A stretch of DNA of 64,000 bases from Eledone cirrhosa (GCA_964016885.1 CAXHJY010001232.1:62001-126000); one strand, 5' to 3'. Shown: positions 49,111-62,048, counted from the stretch's first letter. Numbers and translations: made by a program. The notes: generated by a model from the sequence alone, not told the origin.

Positions 49111-50860
49111 AAGAACATGGATGGGATGAAGAAAAATCTTGACCTGGTTACAATGTTCTCAAAGGATATAGGAATGGAGTTTGGCCAAGATAAATGCTCA
49201 TACATGACTGTAAAGCGGGGAAAAACAACAACCAAATCTAGCAACATTGTCATCAATGGTCTAACTGTTTCACCGATATCTGATGAGGACTGCTGGGGAT
49301 AGTGAGAACATATCCTATAATGGTATCTGTAATAAAGAACGCGTAACCAGGGAATACTACACCCGATTAAGAAAGATCTGGTCATCGGAACTCTCTGTTC
49401 AAAACAAAACAGTGGCTCACAATGTGTTTGCTGTGCCTGTCCTAACACCAACATTTGGAATACTCAATTGGACGATAGATTAAATCCGAGCAGTTGATGT
49501 TGGAACTCGAAAAATACTGAACAACACCGGAAACTTCCACATCAACAGTGACATAACCGCCTTTACTTGAAACGTAAGCAGAGAGGCAGAGCCCTAACAT
49601 CAGTCCAGACAACATTTGAATGTCGCATCATATCTCTCCGACAACATCTACGAACCTCGAAGCGTAGGAGCCCGATTCTCGAGCAAGTCTATCTGCATGA
49701 AACAGATAAGATTGTGAGAGTTGGGAAGGAACTCCTTGAGAGATATTCCCTGTTTGATAATCAAAAACTCACACCCAGGGATGTCGCTCAGCAGTATCGC
49801 AGTGAATCCATGGATGAAAAACTGCACGCTTATCAGCAAAAAATCATGCATGGATATGTTGCCAGGAAGCTCCAGAGTGAGAGTAATATAGATAAGGAAA
49901 GTAGTCTATCTTGGACCAACAACCGCTATATTGGCTCCCACTTTGAAGGATACGCTTTTCCAATCCAGGAACAGGAGATTAGCACGAAATACCTGATTCA
50001 CAAAAGAGATAGGGATGCAGGCAAAACACCTAGATGTGATAACAAGTGCAGACTCTACAGAACAAACATCGAGGATATCATCCATGTCATCAGCAACTGT
50101 CCAAAGATGTCATCGCGGTGCTATATACCTATGAGGCATGACGTAGTGGCCAAAACACTGTACAATGCAGTTCGTAAAAAAGATAGCCCCGATAATAAAC
50201 ACATTAAAAGCTACAACAATGTGGAAGAGATCCATGTACATAATATGAAAGAGTACTGGTGAAATGTTCCAGTAAAAGCCCCAATAAAATGCAGGCATAA
50301 CAGACCAGATATTATGATATGGGACAGGGAGAAGAAAACATTCACAGTAGTGGAAATTAGCTGTCCAGCAGATGCCAATATAATATCAAAGATTAGTGAA
50401 AAGGAGAATATTTATGCAGAACTGATGAGAAATCTGCAGATACTCCACCCTGATTACACCTTCAGATTTATGCCTGTGATTATTGGGGCACTGGGATATG
50501 TTAGTTACTGCCTCAATACAAATCTTGAGAAGCTAGGCTTCACAGGAACAGAAAGAACACAACTAGTTAGGAAACTACAAGTACAATCCATTAATGGAAC
50601 AGTAAAAATATGTAAAACATTCCAAAAATTTTGCATCTAATAACTGCATATACACATGTACAGATACAAAGCATATACACATGCACACATACAACTCAAA
50701 ACATACACATCCACACATACCATAACATCCATATCTACACATGCTTGCATACATACATATCTACCTAGTTGATGTTGTGTAAATACCAATGAGAGAGTCT
50801 TGTGTCTATGTTAGAAACCGACTCTCTCTCTATTGGTAAAACTTTGTGAAATTATAAAAC
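49111..50860 (+). mobile_element. R4 subfamily-B copy C, 5'-truncated, flanked on both sides by (CATA)n
   Basis: Highly similar to 38702-40420. RLE ORF 50314-50640. Confidence 0.92.
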
Positions 50861-51186
50861 ATACATACATACATACATACATACATACATGCATGCATAC
50901 ATGCATGCATGCATACATGCATGCATGCATACATACATACATGCATACATACATACATACATACATACATACATACATACATACAAGGGGCGGTAGAAGC
51001 ATATTTAGTTGTAGTGATAAGTAACATGTATATAAATTGTAGCGCATATACAAATAGATGTATGTTTTAGTAGTTTAGAGAGACAATACAATCATTGTGG
51101 TGGCCATGGCCCCACTATCCACCTCCCAGTTCCATCGCCCCTGCATACATACTTACATGATGGCCCTCATTATCGAGTATGGCCAT

Positions 51187-51372
51187 GGCGGTGGATTGGC
51201 AGTATCGGTAGAGGGTCGGACGCCATGCTTTCCAGCATAGTTACATCCCTTTACGATCTGAGTTCAAATCCCGCCGAGGTTGACTTTGCCTTTCATCCTT
51301 ACGGGGTCGATAAAATAAAGTACCAGTAATGCACTGGGTAATTGCTGGCCTTGTGCCTAAAGTAGAAACAAT
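51187..51372 (+). mobile_element. tRNA-derived SINE inserted into an RTE-derivative 3' end
   Basis: Head GGCGGTGGATTGGCAG..GTTCAAATCC and core CCTTTCATCCTTACGGGGTCGATAAAATAAAGTACCAG. TTATCGAGTATGGCCAT is duplicated on both sides (51170-51187, 51372-51388). Confidence 0.88.
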
Positions 51373-52528
51373 TATCGAGTATGGCCATTACACAATATAA
51401 CATTATTAAAAATTATTAATTAATGCTATCGTGCAATGCCTGTGCGTGAATTTTTTTCTTAAAGTGAGGAAAGACTGTGTACTGAGCCAATCCCACTCTC
51501 TGAGCGACAGTAGCTATAACCCGAAAAGAAGAAATGATCAACATCATTGGTAACTATTGAGCTGCAGATTTTATGTCGGAGTTATCCCAGTTTCTTGAGT
51601 TGCCTTCTCCTAGAAGAATGCCCTGACATAGGTTAGGAGTCCTTCACTCCCAGTGCGATCGGGTATCTAGCCCGATTATTTCTATGTACCCGTGCATATA
51701 CATACATACATGCACACATGATGGCTGCAAACTCTGCTAAGATTATTGCAATTGCTTGGAGGATTACAGAGTTTGGTGCACTTTTAAACTACGGTCAGTC
51801 GCACGAACCTGTAACATATCCTGAACAAGCAATGCTTGTGCTTTGAAGGTTATTTTCAGAGTTTCTCTCTCCTAGAAAGGTGTTGTGACAACAACTGGGG
51901 GTCTTTCACTCCCAGGTGAAAAAAAAAGGTACTATTTGGATGGCCGTTGACTCTGCTGAGTTACCGCACTCTTTGCCTGGTTTTGTATTTCATCCTTCAG
52001 GGTGTCCAAATATCACCCTCCTCACTAACCGGTTGCCGGTTTAGTCGCTGACGACCCGACCATGAGACAGGTTGTACTGGGTTACATGTTACCAGTAGCA
52101 CTCGAGAGCGACCTGACATCAAGGAGGCCTGAAAACCAAGGATAACGACCTCTGTTTACCCGATTTTTTACACACTACTGGATGGCCATTGATTCTTCTG
52201 AGTTTATCTGCCCTTTGATGGATTTTGTTTTTCATCCCGCAGGGTGTCCAAAACATCCCCTCCACGCCAAGCAAGCTTGGTGGGGTTGCCGGTTTAGTCG
52301 TGGACGACTCAACTATGTGACAGGATGTACACTATTGGATGGCAGTTGACTCTCCTGAGTTCCTCCTCTCTTCAACGGGTTTTGTTTTTCCTCCCGAAGG
52401 GTGTCGAAAAATCACCCTCCTCACCAAACAAGCTTGGTGGGGTGGCCGGTTAGTCGCCAACGACCCGATCATGTGGAAGGTTGTATTGGGTTACGTATTA
52501 CCAGTAGCGCTCAAGAGCGACCTGTCAT
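51373..52528 (-). mobile_element. RTE-derivative fragments with three tandem 5' head modules
   Basis: 51373-51700 is homologous to 31320-31660. TGGATGGCC.TTGA.TCT...CCAGTAGC modules at ~51937, 52179 and 52336. Confidence 0.72.
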
Positions 52529-52908
52529 AACACACATACATACATACATACATACATCCGTACATACATCTGTACACGCACACATTCATACACAGAAGTA
52601 CACACACTTATACACGTAAATATAAGCTTGTTTGCATTTTTACATGCAAACAACGCAACGGGTGAACCGTAGATTTAATTTTAATAAAAATAAACTTTGT
52701 ATATGATTTATAGTTGTGGAATAAAGAAATCATATATATAATATATATATATATTGTTATACTTTGGGAGGGTCATGTTGCCAATAAGAAACACACGCAC
52801 CAATAAGAAACACACTTCAATTTATTATAAATTAAATTATAAATTAAAATAATTTATAAATTTCCGGTTGGTTGGTTGGTTCCACAACCGGATGGTTGTT
52901 CATATATT

Positions 52909-52951
52909 GTCAAAGTTCTTTCGTCACACATTCTGTGACCTCTTCAGTGAC
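52909..52951 (-). ncRNA. Hammerhead ribozyme motif
   Basis: GTCA-CTGAAGA-G-GTCACA-GAATG-TGTGAC-GAAA-GAAC-TT-TGAC: stem I GTCA/TGAC, 6 bp stem II, minimal stem III. Confidence 0.72.
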
Positions 52952-53695
52952 TGGGGATTCTTTTCTTTTTTTTGTGCCTCTCCTTTGTTCTGTCCTATGC
53001 TATCTTGTTTTTGTGTGTGTTGTGTGCTTAGTTTGCGCATGTGTTACATCCGGGTGTCTCTGTGCGTTTTTATTTGTTTATTTATTTGTTTATTTACATG
53101 TTACTAGTTGGTTGTTTGTTCTATTTGTGTGTGTTTTCATTTTGTCCTTAATTGAAGTTGTGATCTTGTTATCCCATTCATATTTTCTATTTAATTTTGG
53201 TTGGAGTTCATTTATGTTTATTGCCTCTGTGATTTGTCTAAACATTGCGTCTTTTCTGTGTGTAGATTTTATTTTTATTTCTATGTTCTCTAATTTGCCC
53301 TGATGTTCTATTTTAGCATGTTGGTGGAGTACTGATGATTCTTTTCTATCTTGAAGCTCTCGCCAGTGTTCATTTAATCGTTCTCCTATGCTACGAGCTG
53401 TCTCACCTATGTACATTATATTCTTATCGTTACATTGTCCCTCAGTACATCTTATTCTATATACTATGTTTCTAGTTTCGCAGTTAATATGGAGGCTTAG
53501 TTTACAGATTATGCATTTCTTATCTATACATGGAAGTCCCTGTATAGATAAGAAATGCATAATCTGTAAACAAATAAAAACACACACAGACACCCGGATG
53601 TAACACATGCGCAAACTAAACACACAACAAACACAAAAACAAGATGGCGTAGGACAGAAGAAAGGAGTGGCACAAAACAAAGAAAAGAATCCCAG

Positions 53696-53738
53696 GTCAC
53701 TGATGATGTCACAGAAAGTGTGACGAAAGAACTTTGAC
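53696..53738 (+). ncRNA. Hammerhead ribozyme motif (inverted-arm copy)
   Basis: GTCA-CTGATGA-T-GTCACA-GAAAG-TGTGAC-GAAA-GAAC-TT-TGAC. Differences from the other arm fall at N7, the unpaired base and the loop. Confidence 0.72.
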
Positions 53739-53945
53739 AATATATGAACAACCACCCGGTTGTAGAACCAACCAACCGGAAATTTATAAATTTTTTAAAT
53801 TTATAATTTAATTTATAATAAATTGGAGTGAAAGTAACTGGTGCGTGTGTTTCTTATTGGCAACATGACCCTCCCAAAGTATAACAATATCGGTATCAAC
53901 ACACGTTTTCAGATAAAGAATCTTGCTAAATAAATTCAGAAACGA

Positions 53946-54018
<73 letters not shown>

Positions 54019-54091
54019 TTGATTTCTTTATTCAACAACTATAAATGATAAAGTTTATTTCTATTAAAATTAAATCTACGGCACACCCGTA

Positions 54092-54451
<360 letters not shown>

Positions 54452-54806
54452 ACACGCAAAAAACGAATAGGGACACATGTACTATCCAACCATATGCCAA
54501 TGTGGTTCAATGGCAGGTTAACTGCTTCTATCTTTACACACGGCACTGGACAGAATTGTTTCTACATCATTCATTCTCATCTCTGGAACAATTTTGAATA
54601 GCGCCAGTTCGTAATTTGAACTCGGGAATTTTATATTCTCCGAGTGAAAAGAACCTTCTGACGAGAGTTTATCTTTTCAATGGAAGGCCGCAAGGACTGT
54701 CCATTTATTTTTGAGACTCGAAACCGATTCGGTAAAGGTAAACATAGTAAGTACAGTGAATTTTTTGAAATTTATTTTGTAACTTTTTCTTATTTGCTAA
54801 ACCTTG

Positions 54807-54885
<79 letters not shown>

Positions 54886-54892
54886 GTATATA

Positions 54893-55532
54893 GTTAAAAG
54901 AATAGAGGTGTAACACACAAGTTATTATATATTGGTAAACGGAATAGAAAATGCTGACAAATTGTTCACAGTTGAAAAATGGTTTAATTAGGAATAAAAG
55001 AGTATTAGTGATTGTATGGGTTAGTATTCAGTTGTGGTTTTAAGTTTTTAAGTTTTTACCGGTTGCGCATTTCTAAATGCTTTTCAAAAATAATTTTGAG
55101 ATAGAGTGTCCGTGCTGTTTGCTCTGATCTGATTAGTTTTGGGAATTCTACCTGTTTTTATGTTAAAAAAGTGGCTCCAATTTGCAAAAATTCTTGTGGT
55201 CAAAACAATTTTGATTGGTCGGTAGAGGTCATGTGAATCTACCGACCAATCAAAATTGTTTTGACCACAAGAATTTTTGCAACACAAAAATAACGCTGGA
55301 GCCACTTTTTTAACATAAAAACAGGTAGAATTCCCAAAACTAATCAGATCAGAGCAAACAGCACGGACACTCTATCTCAAAATTATTTTTGAAAAGCATT
55401 TAGAAATGCGCAACCGGTAAAAACTTAAAACCACAACTGAATACTAACCCATACAATTACTAATACTTTTTTATTCCTAATTAAACCATTTTTCAACTGT
55501 GAACAATTTGTCAGCATTTTCTATTCCGTTTA

Positions 55533-55540
<8 letters not shown>
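54893..55540. mobile_element. Non-coding ~620 bp palindromic element in (TA)n, probable PLE pLTR-only derivative
   Basis: Arms 54926-55226 and 55238-55540 are near-identical inverted copies. Each carries a hammerhead-like motif. Confidence 0.7.
55386..55422 (+). ncRNA. Variant hammerhead-like motif (mirror copy on minus strand at 55053-55090)
   Basis: TTT-TTGAAAA-GCATT-TAGA-AATGC-GCAA-CCGG-TA-AAA: U3/A8 core, GCAA instead of GAAA, palindromic stem III. Confidence 0.5.
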
Positions 55541-55624
<84 letters not shown>

Positions 55625-55794
55625 GCGAAGCAAAGTTAGTAGTTATCGTTAGAAGAAATAACTGGAATAACTAGTTTACTTTTGATATAATATTTACTCC
55701 ACTTCAGTCAAAAAGAACAACCAATAAGTTACCACGAGTCGCAAAGGTTGACGATGTTATTTTGTTGTTGATGTGAAAACAGCAAGCAACCAGA

Positions 55795-55980
55795 TAATTG
55801 TTTCTACTTTTGGCACAAGGCCACAATTACCCAGTACATTACTGGTACTTTATTTTATCGACCCCGTAAGGATGAAAGGCAAAGTTTACCTCGACGGGAT
55901 TTGAACTCAGAATGGCAAGGGTCGTAACTCTATGCATCAAAGCATGGCGTCCAACCCTCTACCGATACTGCCAATCCACA
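55795..55980 (-). mobile_element. tRNA-derived SINE
   Basis: Reverse complement of 51187-51372. Confidence 0.85.
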
Positions 55981-56049
55981 GCGAGTGACCAGATAATGTT
56001 TGTTGGTCGATGCAGTCCGTGGTAGTAGTTCTCGTCGTGATTGAATTCT

Positions 56050-56545
56050 CTCTCTCTTGGTACCGGCTATTAATACAAGTGGTGTGTATATAGAAACCAT
56101 TAATCTGGATACCTAAATATGGAATGTTACGCGATTCCCCCCTCCCTCCTCCACACACACTGTCCCGGCGGACAGGATGGAGAAGGCGTTCCCACGGAGG
56201 ACGGCAAGGGAGACGCGCTGGAAAAGCCACTCCAACTCGCGGGTTTCACACCTGCGGCTGGCCAGCTCGGCGCCTATGGTGGTGAGTAGGGAGGTAGCTC
56301 TGGGGCCGAGGACACCAGAAGTCTCCACTGCCAGAGGTACAACCGCAAACCTGTCGGAGAGCGACCGGTATTTGAGGAGCTTGGCCTCTCCAGCCGTACG
56401 TGGAGCAGAACCTGGGCTTCCCCAGCATCCTGTCCCCTGCCTCGAGGGATCGCCCACGCATCAACTTGTTTACGCCAAAAGGGTGGTGACCTAGAATTTG
56501 ACCTTTAGGTGTCACCCAGGGCTCGAGGTGTGGACAGGTTTCGCT
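56050..56545 (-). mobile_element. CRE-clade-like RLE retrotransposon 3' fragment
   Basis: KYRSL..FAVVPLAVETSGVLG...IG...RELEWLFQRVSLAVLRGNA is the typical CRE-type RLE C-terminus. Confidence 0.7.
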
Positions 56546-56628
<83 letters not shown>

Positions 56629-56799
56629 TGCATACATACATGCACACACACACACATACATATTTAGAGAAAGGGGGAGGGGACTAATAGATGGTAGGGT
56701 GGTAGGCAGACAGAATCAATATCAATTGTGATATCTAGTTTCATCTATGTTGTAGATTATTGCAACGGTATTACATGGTATTACTCTTGGGATTTCTTT

Positions 56800-56836
<37 letters not shown>

Positions 56837-56849
56837 TGAGAGAGAGAGA

Positions 56850-56908
<59 letters not shown>

Positions 56909-57052
56909 GTGGAAGAGAAAGTAAGTTAATAACAAGTATAAAGCCATGAATTGAACCTTTGCTGTTTGAACTGCTCAACCAAACTTGACCACCGAGAAAA
57001 TAACCAAATAAAGACATACATACATACATACATACATACATACATACATACA

Positions 57053-57314
57053 TGGTGGCTGCCAACTCGTTTTCGAGTACGGCCACTACTTTATATCCAT
57101 GTAGGAGAACCTCTACCGATGTGCTGAACGAGTGTGACTTTTTAGTCCAGCCAGCGACATAGTGCTGGGCCCATGGTACCATGTGATGACAAGAGCAGAG
57201 AGATCTCCAGATATAAAGCAATGCCTGTGCCGTGAAGCTTTTATAGTGAGCAAAGGCACTGCACAAAGCCAGTCCCACTCTCTTAACCAAGATGATATTT
57301 ACCAAAAAGAAGAA
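57053..57314 (-). mobile_element. Truncated bipartite RTE derivative, with (CATA)n on both sides
   Basis: Matches 47684-47992 with an internal deletion. Confidence 0.85.
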
Positions 57315-57320
57315 CATACA

Positions 57321-57371
<51 letters not shown>

Positions 57372-57516
57372 GAAAAGTGTAATTTTCTACACAAAACGAA
57401 GGTTATAGAGAAAATTGAGGTTGGTAATGGCACATGGAATATATAAGAGACAGAATACTTTTTTGTGAAAAAACATAATTTTATAAGGTAAGGAAATAAT
57501 AAAGTGTATAAAAAAT

Positions 57517-57554
57517 GACCGGTTTCGATGGGTCTGCAAAAGCCATCTTTTCAA
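57517..57554 (-). ncRNA. Variant hammerhead motif in the sense-orientation 3' pLTR
   Basis: TTGAAAA-GATGG-(11 nt)-CCATC-GAAA-CCGG-TC. Stem I is only ~2 bp. Confidence 0.62.
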
Positions 57555-57915
57555 ATGTTGATTAATATTAAGAAAAATTAATAATACGAAGAGTTAAAAT
57601 TTGAGACTTGAAAATTCAAGTATAAAATTCATTGTGGGATTTCATAGCAGTTTTCATCTAGGTAGCAACAACAGGTTGACTGCTGTGTCCCTTTCTGGTA
57701 GTGAATGAGAAGTTATTTGGAGTGTGGGTTATTTTATAAAGGTCAGATTTAGCAATCACCAACTGGCCAGCTGCTGGTCAGTGAGGGGGTGGAAGCAATA
57801 TACGTACACATATCTTCCTGTGGTGGGTAGGGGAGTGGAGCGTGATAGAAAGGGATTTAGTGCACTTACACCTATATATACACACATACCTTCATCCACA
57901 CATACATACATATAC

Positions 57916-57968
<53 letters not shown>

Positions 57969-57979
57969 CACACATACAT

Positions 57980-58012
<33 letters not shown>

Positions 58013-58029
58013 CACACATATATACACAT

Positions 58030-58076
<47 letters not shown>

Positions 58077-58115
58077 TATATATACATACACATACATCCA
58101 GATACACACATACAT

Positions 58116-58148
<33 letters not shown>

Positions 58149-58151
58149 CAC

Positions 58152-58185
<34 letters not shown>

Positions 58186-58777
58186 CCCCACACATACATA
58201 CACACACACACACATATATATATACATACACACATACAAACATACACACACACACACATATATATACACACATACACACACACACACACACACGCATATA
58301 TATATATATATATATACACATACGCATACATCCAGATACCCACATACACACACACACACACACACACGCACACACAATACATACATCCACATGCACACAC
58401 ATACACACACACACACATATACACATACATACACCCACACACAGAGAAATGGCCTTCAAATATATATATATATATATACAAACAGACACATATATTTTTT
58501 CCATAATATAAGAAGTTGGGGCAGTGAAATTAAAATACAAGTCATTCTGATCACATTGAGTTCTTCATGTAGATTGGGCCCCGCAACCGACAGTGGTGAA
58601 TTCTGTGTGCGCATATATATATAGATATGTGTGTGTGCACGTGCAGGGTTTAACATGGATGTGTTGGTCACACAAAGGCATGGTCTGTCAATGAATAAAC
58701 CTGATTCTACAGAATTGGTCTCTGGTCTTTAATAGTAGTGATTCCGTGCGTATGTGTGTTTATATTTTATGACAATT

Positions 58778-60994
58778 CTATTGGGGTGATAACCCGTTTT
58801 GTTTTGGTTTAAATTTGTTAAGGAATAGATTTTCTTTGTTTATTCTTTGTTGCTGTGTGAACGAATCTGAGCACTTGTAGAAGGGGAAGATTTTAAAGTT
58901 GGGTAGTGTCATTCCTGCGCAGTTCGCAATATGGCTGCTCAAGGGGATTTTTCTTGTGTTAGCATCCCGGATTTGTTGGCGGTGGATGGTCATTCTTTTG
59001 CGTAATGAGGTGCCCGTCTGTCCTATGTAGTTGTGTTTGCACCCACCGCAAGTTATTGCGTAAATCAAGTTCTCCGAGTTGCAGGTGAAATTGTTTTTTA
59101 CTGTAAATGTTTGGCCATCTTTGAATGTAAATGTTTGTCCTTCAGTGAGGTAGAGGCACGTTCCACAGTTTGTTCTACTACATTTGGTAACTGTAGGGTT
59201 GAGGATTGGTTTGGGTATATTTGGTCCAGTGAGAATGCGTTTAAGTGATTTGGGTTGTCTTTTACTTTTAAGGATCTTGTGTGTTTCAAGAATAGACTTC
59301 ATTTTTACATCTTTAAGTAGGATGGGGAGGTTTTTGTGTAGGTGATCAAACATTTCGGTATTTCTGGGGTTGAAAGTGGATACATATGGCAGGGTGTTGA
59401 GTGTGGTTTTCTGTTTTGGATTGTTAAGTTGATGGGGATTTAGGTGTTTTGCCCTGTCTATTCCATTGTTGATTATTTCAAGTGGAAAGGCTCTTAAGAT
59501 AAGGGTGTCTTTTAGTTCCTTTAGTCTTTGCTCCCGTTTAGGTGGATCTGATACTATGGTACATATACGTTTGGCCAAATTGTAAGGAATGTTAAGTTTT
59601 GTATGTTTTGGGTGACTTGATGTGAAAAAGAGGTATTGCTTGGAATATGTGGGTTTATAGAATATATCTGTATCTAATTTCCCGTCTATTACAGAGATGA
59701 GAATATCCAAGAAGGCTAATTCCTTAGGATTGGATTCCATTGTGAATTGTATGTTATTATCTATGTTGTTTATCATGTTTTTAAACGTAGTAAGTGAGTT
59801 CATGTCTTCTTGCCATAGGATAAAGCAGTCGTCTAGATATCTTTTCCAATTGGCTTTGAGGTGTGTGTGGAAAGAGTCTCCAAATAAGAGAAGGGACTGA
59901 CTGTATATTTGTTGTTCATGGAATCCCATGACTAGGTTGGCATATGTGGGTGCTACTTTCGTGCCCATTGCCGTACCTGATACTTGTCTGTATGTTGAAC
60001 CATTGAATGTGAAGTAGTTATTTTGTAGGATAAAGCGGAGTCCGTCAGTGATAAAATCTGTGTTGATGCGTGTCGGTATTTCTGATGGGTGTGTGTTAAG
60101 CCAGTATTGGACTGCTGTTATTCCATAGTTGTGAGGTATGTTTGTGTAGAGGTTTATTACGTCAAAGGAGACAAGAATTGTATTTGCACTTACTGTTTTA
60201 GGGAGGTGTTTCAGCATGTCAAGGTCATCTCGTATGTAGCTCTGTATATGTTGTAGAAAGGGTTTCAGTAGGATGTCCAGAAAGTTGCTAAGTCTGTGGG
60301 TTTCACATGTAGGGCCTGCTATAATTGGCCTGAGTTTTAGGTCTTCTGGTGGTGTTAGTTCAATGTAATTGTTGGTTGAGGTGTCACATGCATCGCTTAT
60401 GGGTTTACATTTGTGGAGTTTCGGTAAGCCGTAAAAAGAGCTTGTATTGCATTTGAAGTGGCTTATATAGTTAAACTCTTTTGTGGTTAAGCTGTTGCGG
60501 TATTTATTCAGTAAGGTCAAAAGGTTCCCCATTGTTTTGGTGTGTTTGTAGTTTTCTGTTTTTTCATAGTATGTGTTGTTTTCTAAAATGTTAAGTGCGA
60601 GGGTCCTATAGTAGTCCGTATTCATAATGACAACAGTACTGCCTTTATCGGCTTCTTTGATAGTTATCTCAGGGTTGTTTCTAAGTGTGAATAATTCTTC
60701 CCATTCGTGTGTAGATAGGTTTGATTTCGTGTGTTTATTTCTAATTTGTTCATAGGGAAAGTTGGTGATGTGTTCGCAGTACGTGTCCAGTGCTTTATTT
60801 CTTCCCTTTTGTGGGCAGAAATTGCTTTTATTTCTAACCAGTGATTCGTCTTCAGTGTTGGTGTCGTTGTGGAAGAATTCCGTTAGTCGCAGCTTTCGGC
60901 AGTATTCCATGATGTCATCCTTCATTTCGGGGAAGTTGGGTTTACGTGGTGTAGGTGTAAATTTCAGGCCCTTACTTAAAATGTTGATTTGTGT
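58778..60994 (-). CDS. Penelope-like RT + Cys linker + GIY-YIG endonuclease (uninterrupted ~738 codons; N-terminus truncated/inverted)
   Basis: [87 protein letters not shown]...H. Confidence 0.93.
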   Translation of the reverse strand, partial: TQINILSKGLKFTPTPRKPNFPEMKDDIMEYCRKLRLTEFFHNDTNTEDESLVRNKSNFCPQKGRNKALDTYCEHITNFPYEQIRNKHTKSNLSTHEWEELFTLRNNPEITIKEADKGSTVVIMNTDYYRTLALNILENNTYYEKTENYKHTKTMGNLLTLLNKYRNSLTTKEFNYISHFKCNTSSFYGLPKLHKCKPISDACDTSTNNYIELTPPEDLKLRPIIAGPTCETHRLSNFLDILLKPFLQHIQSYIRDDLDMLKHLPKTVSANTILVSFDVINLYTNIPHNYGITAVQYWLNTHPSEIPTRINTDFITDGLRFILQNNYFTFNGSTYRQVSGTAMGTKVAPTYANLVMGFHEQQIYSQSLLLFGDSFHTHLKANWKRYLDDCFILWQEDMNSLTTFKNMINNIDNNIQFTMESNPKELAFLDILISVIDGKLDTDIFYKPTYSKQYLFFTSSHPKHTKLNIPYNLAKRICTIVSDPPKREQRLKELKDTLILRAFPLEIINNGIDRAKHLNPHQLNNPKQKTTLNTLPYVSTFNPRNTEMFDHLHKNLPILLKDVKMKSILETHKILKSKRQPKSLKRILTGPNIPKPILNPTVTKCSRTNCGTCLYLTEGQTFTFKDGQTFTVKNNFTCNSENLIYAITCGGCKHNYIGQTGTSLRKRMTIHRQQIRDANTRKIPLSSHIANCAGMTLPNFKIFPFYKCSDSFTQQQRINKENLFLNKFKPKQNGLSPQ

Positions 60995-61347
60995 ATATAT
61001 ATACACCAAAAATAATCAACCTCTCAAAGACACCTCTAACCAACACACAAATCAACATTTTAAGTAAGGGCCTGAAATTATATATTTGAAGGCCATTTCT
61101 CTGTGTGTGGGTGTATGTATGTGTATATGTGTGTGTGTGTGTATGTGTGTGCATGTGGATGTATGTATTGTGTGTGCGTGTGTGTGTGTGTGTGTGTGTA
61201 TGTGGGTATCTGGATGTATGCGTATGTGTATATATATATATATATGCGTGTGTGTGTGTGTGTGTGTGTATATATGTGTGTGTGTGTGTGTATGTTTGTA
61301 TGTGTGTATGTATATATATATGTGTGTGTGTGTGTATGTATGTGTGG

Positions 61348-61417
<70 letters not shown>

Positions 61418-61484
61418 ATATATATATATATGTGTGTGTGTGTGTATGTATGTGTGTATCTGGATGTATGTGTATGTATATATA

Positions 61485-61545
<61 letters not shown>

Positions 61546-61610
61546 ATGTGTATATATGTGTGTGTGTGTATGTGTGTATGTATATGTATGTGTGTGTGTA
61601 TGTATGTGTG

Positions 61611-61644
<34 letters not shown>

Positions 61645-62010
61645 TATATGTATATGTATGTATGTGTGGATGAAGGTATGTGTGTATATATAGGTGTAAG
61701 TGCACTAAATCCCTTTCTATCACGCTCCACTCCCCTACCCACCACAGGAAGATATGTGTACGTATATTGCTTCCACCCCCTCACTGACCAGCAGCTGGCC
61801 AGTTGGTGATTGCTAAATCTGACCTTTATAAAATAACCCACACCCCAAATAACTTCTCATTCACTACCAGAAAGGGACACAGCAGTCAACCTGTTGTTGC
61901 TACCTAGATGAAAACTGCTATGAAATCCCACAATGAATTTTATACTTGAATTTTCAAGTCTCAAATTTTAACTCTTCGTATTATTAATTTTTCTTAATAT
62001 TAATCAACAT

Positions 62011-62048
62011 TTGAAAAGATGGCTTTTGCAGACCCATCGAAACCGGTC
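62011..62048 (+). ncRNA. Variant hammerhead motif in the inverted pLTR
   Basis: Identical motif to 57517-57554. Confidence 0.62.

Larger units (their letters stand above)
52750..53948 (-). mobile_element. Truncated Penelope-like element (GIY-YIG end) with inverted terminal copies, in (TA)n
   Basis: Minus ORF: PCIDKKCIIC..NIVYRIRC..C...MYIGETARSIGERLNEH...EAININELQPKLN. Arms 52750-53078 and 53566-53890 are inverted. Confidence 0.9.

Noticed and set aside
51187-51275. tRNA gene
   Set aside because: A/B-box-like head only, no cloverleaf, and it continues into a SINE core present in many copies.
53090-53755. 221 aa ORF as an intact GIY-YIG gene
   Set aside because: The N-terminal ~70 aa come from reading the inverted arm antisense; only the part from PCIDKKC onward is real coding sequence.
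56736-56793. Similarity to 62290-62337 as a Penelope target-site duplication
   Set aside because: The copies are diverged and lie hundreds of bp from the element ends; they are more likely fragments of another dispersed repeat.
57724-58624. Long ORFs rich in YI/HT/CV (also 61052-61841, 28753-29279, 17433-18065, 50811-51053, 53808-54601)
   Set aside because: These are translations of (TA)n/(CA)n/(CATA)n microsatellites that lack stop codons.
60995-61009. Annotated start (MVYIY) of the 743 aa Penelope ORF
   Set aside because: It lies in the inversion junction and TA filler; the true N-terminus is truncated and partly inverted.
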